A stretch of DNA of 63,577 nt, filler included, from Collodictyon triciliatum (GCA_043381765.1; 47 parts of 47 records of this genome joined end to end with filler, not necessarily neighbours in it), one strand, 5' to 3'; shown: positions 37,530-50,257, numbered from the whole stretch's first letter. The notes: generated by a model not told the origin, from the letters alone. Translations and numbers: made by a program.

Positions 37530-37883
37530 TGAGGGAAAACAATAATTCATACATTTGCATTCAAATCCTCCTCAATAACAGACAGTCTGCCCAGCAGAAT
37601 ATACTCTTCTTTCTTTAATGAGGTCAAGGCATCCTTAGTGACTTTTCTGAATGGAATCATGTCTAGTGGCGACCTACCGCAAGGATTTACAGAGGCCACG
37701 GTGCGGCTGATACCAAAGAAAGGAAACTCGAACAATGTTGCAGACTGGCGGCCAATTTTGCTGTTGAATAATTACTACAGGATATTTACGACGCTACTCA
37801 GAAATCGCATATCACCCATCGCTGACAAACTCATATCCAAAGAGCAGATTGGCTTCATGAACGGAAGGAACATCGACACAAAC
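37530..37883 (+). mobile_element. L1/Tx1-like RT N-terminal fragment, head-to-head with the LINE 3' piece
   Basis: DLPQGFTEATVRLIPKKG...DWRPILLLNNYYRIFTTLLRNRI...ISKEQIGFMNGRNIDTN. Confidence 0.93.
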
Positions 37884-37983
37884 NNNNNNNNNNNNNNNNN
37901 NNNNNNNNNNNNNNNNNNNNNNNNNNNTTAATTAATTAANNNNNNNNNNNNNNNNNNNNNNNNNNNNNNNNNNNNNNNNNNNN

Positions 37984-38581
37984 CCAACAATGCATATGAG
38001 CAGCAACAGTGATGAATCCATTGAGCACACATTTGTGCAATGTCCCTTCTCTCAAAACCTGCGCGAAACAGCCAGTGAGATTGTTCGACTGACACTCAAG
38101 ACGGCTGCAGCTGTTGGCTCAATCCAGGCGATATTTGGGCCTCTGCAACAACTGCGTCCACATGCAAATACATTCTGGGCAGTGACGCGAGACCATTTGC
38201 TATGGACTATGTGGATAGCGCGCATATACTCACGCAATGCAAGATTCAACCACCAGCCACCCATTCCTGATAACAGGCTGGATGACATCATACACATCTC
38301 TTTCCTCAATAGCTTTCTTCGCCGCCTGCACGTTCTCTACTGCTCAGACCCTGTGAGAAGAGACATGTGGAAAGAGGCTTAGAAAGAGATTCAATCTCAC
38401 CTTGTATCTCTCATGCAAGCACAAGACCCAAGCTACAGGCCAAACCGTAGGATGCAATCCCTGATTACCGACTCCTTCTCCGCCACCCAGCCACCAGGTA
38501 GCGCTAGTGCAAAAGAAGGCTGACACCTTGGAGACAGGAACTTCATCTCCACACGCAAAGAAAATTAAACAAAATAAAAAA
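37984..38581 (+). mobile_element. LINE family B ORF2 zinc-knuckle region to 3' end (premature TAG at 38380)
   Basis: DESIEHTFVQCPFS (zf-RVT), LWTMWIAR, QSLITDSF, and an A-rich end. Confidence 0.9.
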
Positions 38582-39078
38582 TGGCCCAGTAAGATGGGTT
38601 TATAAGCAAAGTAAATTGGCTTTGACTTTGACTTTCTGGAAAAAAAATTAATCGAACGCGATGGATTCTGTGAACGATGCACTTAAACAGAGCATTGCAT
38701 CGAATGGTGAATGAGGTTACTCAGGAAATGGGTCGTTGTGAGTCAGCACAGTTCAGATACATATATTCATCACTGGCAAAAGGCATTCAATAAAGTAACA
38801 ATACAAAAAAAAATCAAATACAGCATTATATCCGAATGGAAAGTTCTTTTTTTTTAAATAAAATTAGCAACTTTCACATGTTGCGTTTGCTAGTTACGCA
38901 TTAATTGTCTGATTTAAATCAGTCGCGACACTTAGTTTTTGCCGGAAGTTAGGCCTCGGATTGAATCCAAGTCAGGGCTTTGGTAGTTACAGCTTTTAAG
39001 GATTGTATGTAGAAGCTCGACCCACAATAGATATATTTAGATGAGCGATTAATTTTGTTTCTATACTAAACCGACCAG

Positions 39079-39237
39079 CCCTTTGGCTATGCACAAAAAC
39101 CACGTTTCCCTTTGGTTTTGCACAAAAACCACGTTTCCCTTTGGTTTTGCACAAAAACCACGTTTCCCTTTGGTTTTGCACAAAAACCACGTTTCCCTTT
39201 GGTTTTGCACAAAAACCACGTTTCCCTTTGGTTTTGC
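39079..39237. repeat. 29-bp minisatellite GCACAAAAACCACGTTTCCCTTTGGTTTT, about 5 perfect copies, truncated by the contig end
   Basis: Identical adjacent units with no spacers. Internal inverted repeat AAAACCA/TGGTTTT. Confidence 0.95.
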
Positions 39238-40691
39238 NNNNNNNNNNNNNNNNNNNNNNNNNNNNNNNNNNNNNNNNNNNNTTAATTAATTAANNNNNNN
39301 NNNNNNNNNNNNNNNNNNNNNNNNNNNNNNNNNNNNNTGTATGTATGTATGTATGTATGTATGTATGTATGTATGTATGTATGTATGTATGTATGTATGT
39401 ATGTATGTATGTATGTATGTATGTATGTATGTATGTATAGATTATTCAATACTAAATGTCTACATATGCTTCGCTTCACGTGTATGTATCCCTGGAGGAA
39501 TAAGCATGCTTGACTACTATCACCTTGATGCATATATCCCTACTACGCTCAGTGTGTAGTCTACGGCCAGCTTTGTATCCTTCACAAGGGATAGGCGATC
39601 AGTGATGCATTATATCCAACAGCATGCATTAAGTGATATATTTCATATATAGGTACACCGGTTCATTTATTTTAAAATTATTTACATTCCTGTGTATGTC
39701 TTTCTCTGTCTTTTATAAGATTACTTTCTTTTCTCTGTATGTCATTCTTGCTGATTTTATTTTATTTTATTTTCGACTTTTATTCTTTATTTTCGACTCT
39801 TTTTTCTTTATTAGAAATCACAATATCTACACTCACAAAAGCAAAGTTTTCTTTCCTCATTGTCTTTGATATCCCACAAATTTGTTTCCTCATAAGCCTT
39901 TTCCAAAAAAAAACTAAAGTACTATGCTTAAGTCTCTCCAGAATAATAAATCATTTGAAGTATTCTATTGGAGTATGAATACTATTTTGGTAATGCATAG
40001 ATAACAGATTGGTTTTGTTGCACACGCCCTTGATGCTTAAAGATTATTAGTTGTGTATATGTCTTGCTGCTTCATTTGAACGGTACATATCAAGGTTGTC
40101 CTCTATCCATTTGCTACTTTTATTTATTTTGTCTTATTTTTTGCTTACAATAGTAACAGGATATGTTTTTATTCAATCAGAGCAAGCATCTCTTTCCTAC
40201 ATGATAATGTTGTAGTAATATGAGCTGTAAAGTGGAACGTGTCCCCAGAGAAAGAGACCTGCACTATTATTCGTGTAAATTGTATACGTTAACGATTGCA
40301 CATCAAGCACAATTTTTTTCATAATCAAATTTCTGCTTTCTTTAATTCCGTGTGCTTATGTCTTCATTTTATGCATATTTTATTGCACTATCGTGTTTTC
40401 CCTTTTTATGTACAACAATATGTATTGTGCACTCAGCCTTGTTTGTTCCATTACGTTGTCTTCAACCTCATTACGCTTTCTTGAATTGCTTCTGGTCAGT
40501 CGGTCTCGTTTCCTGATTGTTACCTTGACCTGATGACCTTCTTTTATCGCCTTCCATCGTGCTTTGGCTCCAATTGTTTCTCATTCAATCTNNNNNNNNN
40601 NNNNNNNNNNNNNNNNNNNNNNNNNNNNNNNNNNNTTAATTAATTAANNNNNNNNNNNNNNNNNNNNNNNNNNNNNNNNNNNNNNNNNNNN

Positions 40692-41528
40692 ATATGAGCC
40701 ATATCATCCCATGATTCTTTTGACTGGCCATCGACTAATATATCGTTCTTGGAACCAAGAGAAGAAAGTATACTTGCTCTATCATAACCTAAGTAAATGA
40801 ATGGGTTGGGGCAAGAAAATGAAAAATGTTAGCCTAAAGACTTAAAAAATATTGAATAGACACAAAAAAATACAAGATATCAAAAAAGAAAATATAAAAT
40901 ATAAAATATTAGAAAATATTTAAACAAAGACAACGAAAGAAAAAGAAAAAGAAAAAGAAATTAACATACTCACCTTCACCAAATATACCGAAGTACCACT
41001 TTGAACATTCAATTATGCCACCTTCCACAAGACCCAAACCAATCCCAATAGAGATTTCTATCTAAATCGTTGATAATCTAATAAGCCTTTATATAATTGG
41101 GTTATATCATTCTCTAACATATTTTTATTTATTTATTAATCTTAGAGTATGCCGTAGTAGTTTGATAAAAAAAATATTTGAAATGGATATCCTACGTGCT
41201 GGTAATCGTTCTGAGATGATATGTGAATGATTTCTTGGGCAACTTCGATGAGGTTGATGTGACTTTCACCAAATAAACCGCTGACGAACTTTTCAGAGAG
41301 AAATAAAATTACATGAGGAGAATTTGGTATTAAGTGATTCAATAATATTTTTATTTATTTTGTAAGAATTGTATACAGGATAAAAAAATGTAGACTTTAC
41401 CGTAATTCGGAGTCCTAAGCAAAATTTTGAAATATTTTTCATTTAATCAAATGTATAAATAACGATGTCTATTTGAAAATAATTCAATATAATAATGTAC
41501 CTTGGGAATCAATTTTATGAATACTATG
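40692..41528 (-). CDS. Degenerate class III adenylyl/guanylyl cyclase domain fragment
   Basis: Exons IHKIDSQG / FVSGLFGESHINLIEVAQEII / IEISIGIGLGLVEGGIIECSKWYFGIFGEG / YDRASILFSLGSKNDILVD follow the cyclase fold order. Confidence 0.6.
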
Positions 41529-42045
41529 TCTGCTTGAATTAAAAATCATGAGTTATTATATATATATTAAAAGGCACATTTAAAATATATTGAAAATATG
41601 ACTGTAAAAAGGTTCCTCCAGAGAGGTATATCTACATAAAAATAGAGTATGAAAAAACTTGCTTTTGTGAGGTTTCCATGAGGATTCTAATAGTTGATGG
41701 TATTTAGATGATAAGAGAAAGTTTAAATAAAATTACTATCAAAATAGTCCTAAAAGTGATTTTTAATCTCATATTTTTCAGAAATTAAAGTACATACATG
41801 TAGAGTCTCTCAATTTCTGCGTCTATCTCATTATGATTTTCAATCTTAAAATGGGACACTCTTAAATTGACACACATAACAGAACATTTTGATTCCTTGA
41901 AAGATGCTGAAACAGAGGAGTGACCAATAATGCGATTCATTACAGNNNNNNNNNNNNNNNNNNNNNNNNNNNNNNNNNNNNNNNNNNNNTTAATTAATTA
42001 ANNNNNNNNNNNNNNNNNNNNNNNNNNNNNNNNNNNNNNNNNNNN

Positions 42046-42142
<97 letters not shown>

Positions 42143-42183
42143 TTGCATTTCGTGCTTAACAGAAGAAAAACAAAAGAAAGAAG

Positions 42184-42852
42184 ATGGAGCTGGGCAAGAA
42201 GCTTCTCAAACAAAAGAGGTCCTCCCGGCAAACAGTCTACGACCGTGCACCTTTGCACGACACGGACTCGGACAACGACTCAGCCAATCCAGCAGAGGAA
42301 AACTCGCCCGACCTGGAGACAAAGCAGCTTCGCACCAATACACACTCAGCAGCCACGACTGATATTTCCAAGCATCTGCCCCTCGTCCGTGCCACGCAAC
42401 TGGCTGCCGACGATTCACTCGCACCAGCAAAGTCAACCCTCGAGATGGGGACTGCAGATATCATCGGGGTAAATGCAATGCATAAGACGCAAGAGGAAAG
42501 TCTGGCTCGATACGGGCAACTCAGCCCTTCGCAGGAGTCGGCCCAAGAGACCGACGATTCTGACGAGCAGGAGATTCTGCTCAGCCCGCTGACACGAAAG
42601 GGTCCATCCGTTGTTCCATTTCCGGTGTCGTCTTCCCTCCACGGGCCGGCCGAGCTCCGCGACTGGTCCCACGACACAGCGAGGCTGCTCCAGGAAGATG
42701 CAGAGGCAGATGAGCTGATTCCCCTGACCGACGTCACCAGCCTTTTGTTGCAGGAACAGTGGACGCATCCATCAAAGCCTGCGGATACCTCGCCCTTAGG
42801 TAGCCATAATAAGGACAATGGCGAGTCTTTATATAATTATATGGGTTTATAA
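42184..42852 (+). CDS. Low-complexity acidic/Ser-rich coding exon, unknown protein
   Basis: 222-codon GC-rich ORF flanked by AT-rich sequence. Confidence 0.55.
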   Translation: MELGKKLLKQKRSSRQTVYDRAPLHDTDSDNDSANPAEENSPDLETKQLRTNTHSAATTDISKHLPLVRATQLAADDSLAPAKSTLEMGTADIIGVNAMHKTQEESLARYGQLSPSQESAQETDDSDEQEILLSPLTRKGPSVVPFPVSSSLHGPAELRDWSHDTARLLQEDAEADELIPLTDVTSLLLQEQWTHPSKPADTSPLGSHNKDNGESLYNYMGL

Positions 42853-43471
42853 TCAATCTATTTCCCCTCCTATCCACTGTATGTGCTCCCCAATTGTGAA
42901 GTTTGTTTCGTATATAGGACATGACCAAATTTATAGAATTATTTTCGGCACGAATGACTTAATGATAGTATATTTGTTTTGATAGTCATACTTGGAAAAA
43001 GTCCCATTTTGGTAGAATCAGAAACGCCAGCATCCCTGCGGTCGTGGTTCTGTTACCCTTCGATATTTGCCAAATCACAGGTATAATCAATTTAAATATA
43101 AAAGATTATGTCTGTTTATTTTAATTGAATTGATTGGGCATATTAATTCTCTACCTGCTTTCTCTCTTTGTTTGTTCTATTTCTATGTTTTTTTTCTACG
43201 TTTCCTTCCTTCCTTCCTTCCTTCCTTCCTTCCTTCCTTCCTTCCTTCCTTCCTTCCTTCCTTCCTTCCTTCCTTCCTTCCTTCCTTCCTTCCTTCCTTN
43301 NNNNNNNNNNNNNNNNNNNNNNNNNNNNNNNNNNNNNNNNNNNTTAATTAATTAANNNNNNNNNNNNNNNNNNNNNNNNNNNNNNNNNNNNNNNNNNNNT
43401 TATTATTATTATTATTTAGTGTTTCATTTACATACTTAAACTTTTTTTTTCCACACAAATACAATGCCCAG

Positions 43472-43927
43472 GTTTGTTCGGAGGTTTGAGGGGCATATGA
43501 ACTGCATTCATGAACTTGGTATATCATACAACCCTTTGGTTACGATTTCTGGCTTGTGGATTAGAAGACAAAGTTTGTTAAATTTAAAAATACAGATTGC
43601 GAGCCAAATTAACTTTTATTCTTCTGAATAATTAGTTTATGATATACAACACCAACAACAATGAATTATGCTATACTAGAGTCTCTTCTATGAAAATTAT
43701 AATTTGCAGAGCAACAATGTGCGGTCGATATGAAGTAATGGCTGCTGCTGACTAAAATCTGATACGTATTCATATAGCCTGCATAATTGTACGACCTTCA
43801 CAAAGGAACAGTCTTACATAAAATAGCGAGGTACACGGACACAGCCACTGATGTTGCATTCCACCCACTTCACCCCCAACTGGCGACTTCATGCTTGGAT
43901 GGGAAAGTAAGCATGTTTAATGAATAG
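43472..43927 (+). pseudogene. WDR27: WDR27-like WD40 C-terminus with a frameshift and an in-frame stop
   Basis: RRFEGHMNCIHELGISYNP/(+1 shift)WLRFLACGLEDK ... A*LYDLHKGTVLHKIARYTDTATDVAFHPLHPQLATSCLDGKVSMF. Confidence 0.65.
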
Positions 43928-44484
43928 GAAAATGGGAGCTCTTCGTGATTATTGTCTACTTTTATCCAGTATCATAAACGCAACTAGAAAAAATAAACGT
44001 AGGATGTAATGGGTTAATTCTGGTGTGTTTGAATAATTTTCCCCTGATTCTATGGTTTATCTCTTCTCGTATCAATATAAAAGCTATACCGCTATGATGT
44101 TGTTTGCTAGAATTGATTGAGAATATTTATGTCGCTTTACTCCTTACTTATTTTTTTGATTTTTTTGATTTGTTTTTTGCGTGAAAAGAAAATATATTTA
44201 GTTTATGTGACAACAACACAAGCAAACTATGTATGTAATCAAACAAAATACGGGGAAAAAATGGTCATGGTAGATGCATACAGATAGAAAAAAAGACAAG
44301 CAAACGAACAAAACCATATTTTCTAGCAGGCAGGCTATCATATCCAATCAGGCATATGGTTTGTGGTAGCGGTGAAGGGTGTTTTCATTTTTGTGTATAT
44401 CAGACCCGCTAAGGGATTTCATTTTAGATTGTGTGATACCATCACACTGATTATGCATGGCGCGAAAGAAGGATTTATCATGGG

Positions 44485-44652
44485 CTAAGTCCATAGGGTC
44501 CAAAAGAACTGGGCGCCAGCGTAGAATGCAGGGATGCGGTGGGATGTCGCTTGGTCAAACTTGTTTTCCAGGACGAAGCGGTAGCGGACATCACCAGCAC
44601 GAACGCGCTCGAGGGCAGTATTGATGTTTTGGATGGGCAGAACTCCAATCCA
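44485..44652 (-). CDS. Zinc-dependent (CAD-type) alcohol dehydrogenase C-terminus
   Basis: VLPIQNINTALERVRAGDVRYRFVLEN. Confidence 0.85.
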   Translation of the reverse strand, partial: WIGVLPIQNINTALERVRAGDVRYRFVLENKFDQATSHRIPAFYAGAQFFWTLWT

Positions 44653-46226
44653 NNNNNNNNNNNNNNNNNNNNNNNNNNNNNNNNNNNNNNNNNNNNTTAA
44701 TTAATTAANNNNNNNNNNNNNNNNNNNNNNNNNNNNNNNNNNNNNNNNNNNNAAACAAAAGAAAACAAAAGAAAACAAAAGAAAACAAAAGAAAACAAAA
44801 GAAAACAAAAGAAAACAAAAGAAAACAAAAGAAAACAAAAGAAAACAAAAGAATACAAAAGAAAACAAAAGAAAACAAAAGAAAGCAAAAGAAAACAAAA
44901 GAAAACAAAAGAAAACAAAAGAAAACAAAAGAATACAAAAGAATACAAAAGAAAACAAATACATGTAAACATTGTCGCCCGCTATCATTTATGACTACAA
45001 ATTTACAGAAATTCTTTCATTCTACTCCCGTCGTTCTTGTATATTTGTGCATATCCCATAATTTCCTTGTACCTGTGTGTACTTATCGATGGTCACATAA
45101 GTGGAAGTCCTGCTATCGTATGTTTAAAAACTTGATGAAAACAAACCGCCAGATTATGCGATTTTCGTCAAGGAAATACAACGTTCGGTTCGCGCGGTAC
45201 GCTCAGTCTTCCCAAGTTGTTTCTGAGAGCGACAGTTCTGTGTCATACTGCTCCATCGTTGTATCAGAGAAGTCGAAAGAATGATTCAAAAAGCAATCCA
45301 CACTTTTAGAAGGCATCCTGCAGAGCCAGACATTTCTTCTGCTCAAACATAAAGTGGCTGTCTTTCTAACAACCCGTTACCTTGTCCAGACATATTTTTA
45401 TTGCCAAGGGAACCAGCGCCCTTGGTATGAGAATCAATTATATTTTCTCAAATCGGGCATCTTAGCTATTCATGTCTTTGCTTTCCTCTTTCCTGCCTTT
45501 GCTTTTCAATTGAGCTCAAAAAAATAATCATTCCCTCTTTCTTTTTTACTTGAATATTGGAATGAAGCGAAGGATATCGAATAGACACAGCCAACTACGT
45601 CTAACTGATGTCGAGAAAAGTGCAAAAAAGAAAAAAAAAGAGGAAAGGGAGAAAGAAGGTCGTAGGTGGAGAATATTATAAGCTTATATAGGCTGATTTC
45701 AGCGGGTTGGTTGGATTCGGCTCATGGCGAAAATCTTGTCGCGTCACATGCAACGATGAACCGGAAGTGACGCGGTATCCTCAACTATACGCCAGCATTT
45801 GTCGGCTCCCACATGTACACTTTGCCACTACTGTCACCAGTGTACAGACGACGTTGCCCACTATCAGATGACGTGTGTTAATAACCCCTTTACTTTTTTC
45901 TTACTATTTTTCTTGATGGTCACTCTCTTAAGATTCAATCAGACTCAATTCCACTCGTTCGTGAGTGTGATATGAGGCAAAGTAAAAAAAAAAAAAAAAA
46001 AAAAANNNNNNNNNNNNNNNNNNNNNNNNNNNNNNNNNNNNNNNNNNNNTTAATTAATTAANNNNNNNNNNNNNNNNNNNNNNNNNNNNNNNNNNNNNNN
46101 NNNNNACACTCGCTAGAAAATGGACATGGTGATGAATGGAATTACGGAAGAAAATTATCATCAAGTAAGGCCGATTTCTACAAAGAAATTCATTCGCCAA
46201 AACGAAGTGGAAACAGAGAACGGGGG

Positions 46227-47332
46227 TTGGGGAATGAAGAGAACCGAAATGTGGCCGATGGAAATCCTGGGACCCAATACGAACTGCTTGTCCAACTTTA
46301 CGATTCACTTGGCGGCGATAATTGGTTTCGGAACACTGGATGGAAGAATGAAAGTATTCCAATTTGTGGTTGGTATGGAATATCTTGTCATCAGAGCTGT
46401 TCGGATGAGGTTTATAAGGTGATTTCATGAAAAGACAATAATCTCTTTTGATTACATTTTTAACATATTTTCCTTTTTATTTATAGAACAACACATGCCC
46501 CATATTCAGAATCAGTATGTATGGAAACAACCTTAACGGTGACATTGAAGCTGCCTCTGTAATTTTTGAGAAGCTCCAATTATTGGATTCTTTGGACATG
46601 AGCTACAACTTCATTTACGGAAATCTTCCAGACTTTAATCTCCCTAGTATTACGTATCTGAATCTCTTTGTGAATCAAATTACCGGAACGATTCCAGACT
46701 TTCAAAGAATGCCGAATATTGAACATATTGAGATTGATGGGAATGAATTGGAAGGAACAATACCAGATTTTTCTGGAATACAGTCGCTTAAGATATTGTG
46801 GATTGGTGCAAGTGAAAAAAATACAGGTATCAAGTAACATTCAATATGATTTATTCTAAATTCTAATGATTTTTTCATGTAAGGAACTCTTCCTGACTTC
46901 TCAGCGTTGCCAAATGTTCAGAACCTTCAGATTTATAACTGCGATGTTCATGGTTTGTTTTTTCTATTTTATTAAAAGTCAACTTGTACAAGTACTAACT
47001 TTATACTACAGGAACTGTTCCAAACTTCAGAATAATTCCAAATGTTTTAGAGATATATCTTTCCAGCAATCAGTTGATTGGTAGGTTTTAATTATCATTT
47101 CATGTATTATTGATACATAAATAACATTATACTACAGGGACCGTTCCAAACTTCAGTGGAATTCCATATGTTTTAAGAATTTATCTTGACAACAATCAAT
47201 TGAATGGTAAATTTTAATTATTATTTCATATAATATTAGTACAGAACTCACTTTTTATCACAGGAACAGTTCCAAACTTCAGTGGAATACCAAATGTTAT
47301 AAGGATATATCTTCACAACAATCAGTTGACTG
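46227..47332 (+). CDS. Extracellular LRR receptor-like protein with single-LRR 69-bp exons
   Basis: N-cap LVQLYDSLGGDNW..TGW....ICGWYGISC, LRRs of type LxxNQITGTIPDF, then exons 46884-46952, 47012-47080, 47138-47206 and 47264-47332. Confidence 0.9.
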
Positions 47333-47566
47333 GTAAGTTTTAATTATTATTTCATATANNNNNNNNNNNNNNNNNNNNNNNNNNNNNNNNNNNNNNNNNN
47401 NNTTAATTAATTAANNNNNNNNNNNNNNNNNNNNNNNNNNNNNNNNNNNNNNNNNNNNCGAAAAAAAAAAAAAAGAAAAAAAAAAAAAAAAAACGTTTAA
47501 TAAAACGAAAAAAAAAATAATTTTTGACTTTTTTTTTTTTTTTTTGCTTTGCTTTCAATCCAAAAC

Positions 47567-47989
47567 CTATATCGACATTTGGTGATTCCAGTATCCTTTT
47601 GAACTTAAGCACCTTTGAACTTTCGAACTCCACTTGGGTGGAATCCAGAGGTTCAGAAAACTACAAATGAGTAGCAAATACCCAGGATTCTCCCATAAAT
47701 TAAGAACTATCAATATATAACAAAAGCGCATTATCAAATAAAAGTGTATCAGAGTCCATTCCATACCGGGTGAACATCGGCATCAATATTTTCTGCAGCT
47801 GTGCTAATCCTGCGAAATGGACGATTATGCTTTTAGATATTTTTGAATATACAAAGTAAAATTACAAAGATAGGCATAGCTCGATGGTATAGTATCAAAA
47901 AATTGAAAAAAATGGCAAAAGTTTATCATAAATGTCATAACAAAAATAAAAGAAACCCATCCACCATCCCGCACAAACTGAAAGGAGGA

Positions 47990-48057
<68 letters not shown>

Positions 48058-48683
48058 ACACTAAAAAAAACTAAAAAACTAAAAAACTAAAAAAACTAAA
48101 AAACTAAAAAACTAAAAAACTAAAAAACTAAAAAAAAAATTAAAAAACTAAAAGAGAAGGAAAACGTGTAAAGATGGCAATACCTATGACTGCCCTCCCT
48201 AGGCTTCGCAGTTCCGATCCGAATGCCAAATCCTCTCGGGCTCTCTGGCTGCTGCGCGCCATTCGAGTCCTGCAACGCATCCCGGTTCGAACGCTGGAAT
48301 CGCCTCATGAGCGACGACGACAAAGACGACGGCGGCGTTTGCCGCGATGAATCTCTGTGTGTTTGACTCTCGGATTCCGTCCGTGTCCCGGTCAAAGCGA
48401 GTGGCGGTGGCAGCAGCGACGACTGCAGAGGAATCTGTGGCGAACCCATCGTCGACTCGCTCTGCTTCTTCGGGCCGGGTGAGTTTCGGGCCGGAAAGGA
48501 AAACGAAAAGAAGCTGCTTTTTTCTTGCGGGGTGCTTCGCAGCGAGATCGCAGCCGATCGCGGTGTGGTTTGTGACCCGCCGAAAGCCGGACGTGGACTT
48601 TGATCGCCGCTCGAAGCCGTTGTTTGCGTGTTGCGGTTGGGCCGGGGCGGATCGGACTTGCGGCTCGGATTGGCGGGGTCCAT
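47567..48683 (-). CDS. Probable TBC1D22/Gyp1-like RabGAP N-terminus
   Basis: Disordered Ser/Pro-rich first exon, then SKVLKFKRILESPNVDI, resembling the segment just before the Gyp1 TBC domain. Confidence 0.45.
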
Positions 48684-48920
48684 CTGCAGTCGGCTTTGGT
48701 TTTCTTTTATTNNNNNNNNNNNNNNNNNNNNNNNNNNNNNNNNNNNNNNNNNNNNTTAATTAATTAANNNNNNNNNNNNNNNNNNNNNNNNNNNNNNNNN
48801 NNNNNNNNNNNTTTCTATTCCTTCATTCGATGAGACAGACACACAAACATCCCGAAAACAATTACGAACTTTGCTTTGAAAAGGTTCACCAAAGAGAAAA
48901 CTATGTTCCTGGCAAACATG

Positions 48921-49130
48921 CTAGGCGCAGTCATCAGGGGAGTGGTCAAGGGCATGCATTGTAGACAGAACGCTAGTATTTGCTGTCCTTGCAGGCGCAA
49001 AGCCTTGGGATATAGCCGAGTGCATAAAAGGAGATGACGATTGCGAATGTGTGTGGCTGGGAGAGCCTGATGATATTGGAGTTTGTGCAGTCACGGGAGT
49101 TGGCGTTGGCGTGTGGACCGAAGTTGGGAG
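48921..49130 (-). mobile_element. Possible heavily decayed LINE RT relic
   Basis: SPFMHSAISQGFAPARTANTSVLSTMHALD resembles the RT QxGFxPGR region, with frameshifted PVT/TNS/TFA pieces upstream. Confidence 0.3.
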
Positions 49131-49645
49131 CGGAGAGGATTCGTCGTGTGCACTTGTCGATGCAGATAAACACGTAACCCATGCGAAGGCGAAGGTCGTC
49201 CGTGGTAAAAGATATTGCTTCGTCCAAATTATCATTATTTTGGTTGATTTGCGCGTAAGTTGGCAGATGAATAGAAAGAGACAATTTGCTTTATGATGGC
49301 ATAACAGGCATCAACGCTCCAAAAGCTCGCGCATTCTGTTTGCCTCATCGCGCTATTATACTATTTGGCTGTCTTGCGGCTCGTTGCAGGACTTTGTTCT
49401 CTGCCAAGAGTATTCTTTTATATTCAATTAGATATGGACAACAGAAACAATAAAAACTCGTCCTATTGTCCATGTCAAGCGAAGTAAGGTGTTGCTGGTG
49501 ATTCTCACCTTACGTTCATTCTTACTATTATTACACTAAATCTTTTGCGCTTCTCTGCTGCGCTTTGACCTACATTGAAGATTGGTAGAAAGTCACTGGA
49601 CTTCAAGTTGTGTCTTTTATTTGGTGCCTGGATGGGCTCTTTCAT

Positions 49646-49939
49646 TCATGCATTCATATCGTTCAGCCCAAGCTCCTCGTTCTCCTCGAAAGAGCGCTCG
49701 TACTCGAATATCTCCATCTTGGGGTCCTAAAAGTCGGATGAATATTGTAAACTTTTCATTGCGGTGCTCTGTTTGCACTTCATAGTCCATATTCAATCAT
49801 TAAATGTAGTTAGAAAAGGAATGAGCAACTTGATCCCTTGATTCGTACTTACCTCTGCTGGATTTAATTTAGAGCCGATAAAGGAGTTGCCCATTGGGTC
49901 TTTCAATATAAATGTGAAGGGAATAGTACCGTTCAAAAC
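49646..49939 (-). CDS. ZPR1: Zinc finger protein ZPR1, C-terminal exons
   Basis: VLNGTIPFTFILKDPMGNSFIGSKLNPAE-DPKMEIFEYERSFEENEELGLNDMNA*. Confidence 0.9.
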
Positions 49940-50166
49940 CTTTGATAAAAGATATTTGATGGTGGTTGGTAATCAAGTTAATTGTATTTCTTGATGGTTG
50001 GGCTTTTAACTTAAATACAAAAACACTAAGCATCCTGCGTTTACTTGGGGCGTTTGAAAGAAANNNNNNNNNNNNNNNNNNNNNNNNNNNNNNNNNNNNN
50101 NNNNNNNTTAATTAATTAANNNNNNNNNNNNNNNNNNNNNNNNNNNNNNNNNNNNNNNNNNNNAAA

Positions 50167-50257
<91 letters not shown>

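Noticed and set aside
37530-38581. One continuous LINE spanning the spacer from RT to zinc knuckle
   Set aside because: Contigs are ordered by length, so adjacency across spacers carries no linkage information.
39091-39237. CRISPR array
   Set aside because: The 29-bp units are directly adjacent with no unique spacers, there are no cas genes, and the context is eukaryotic.
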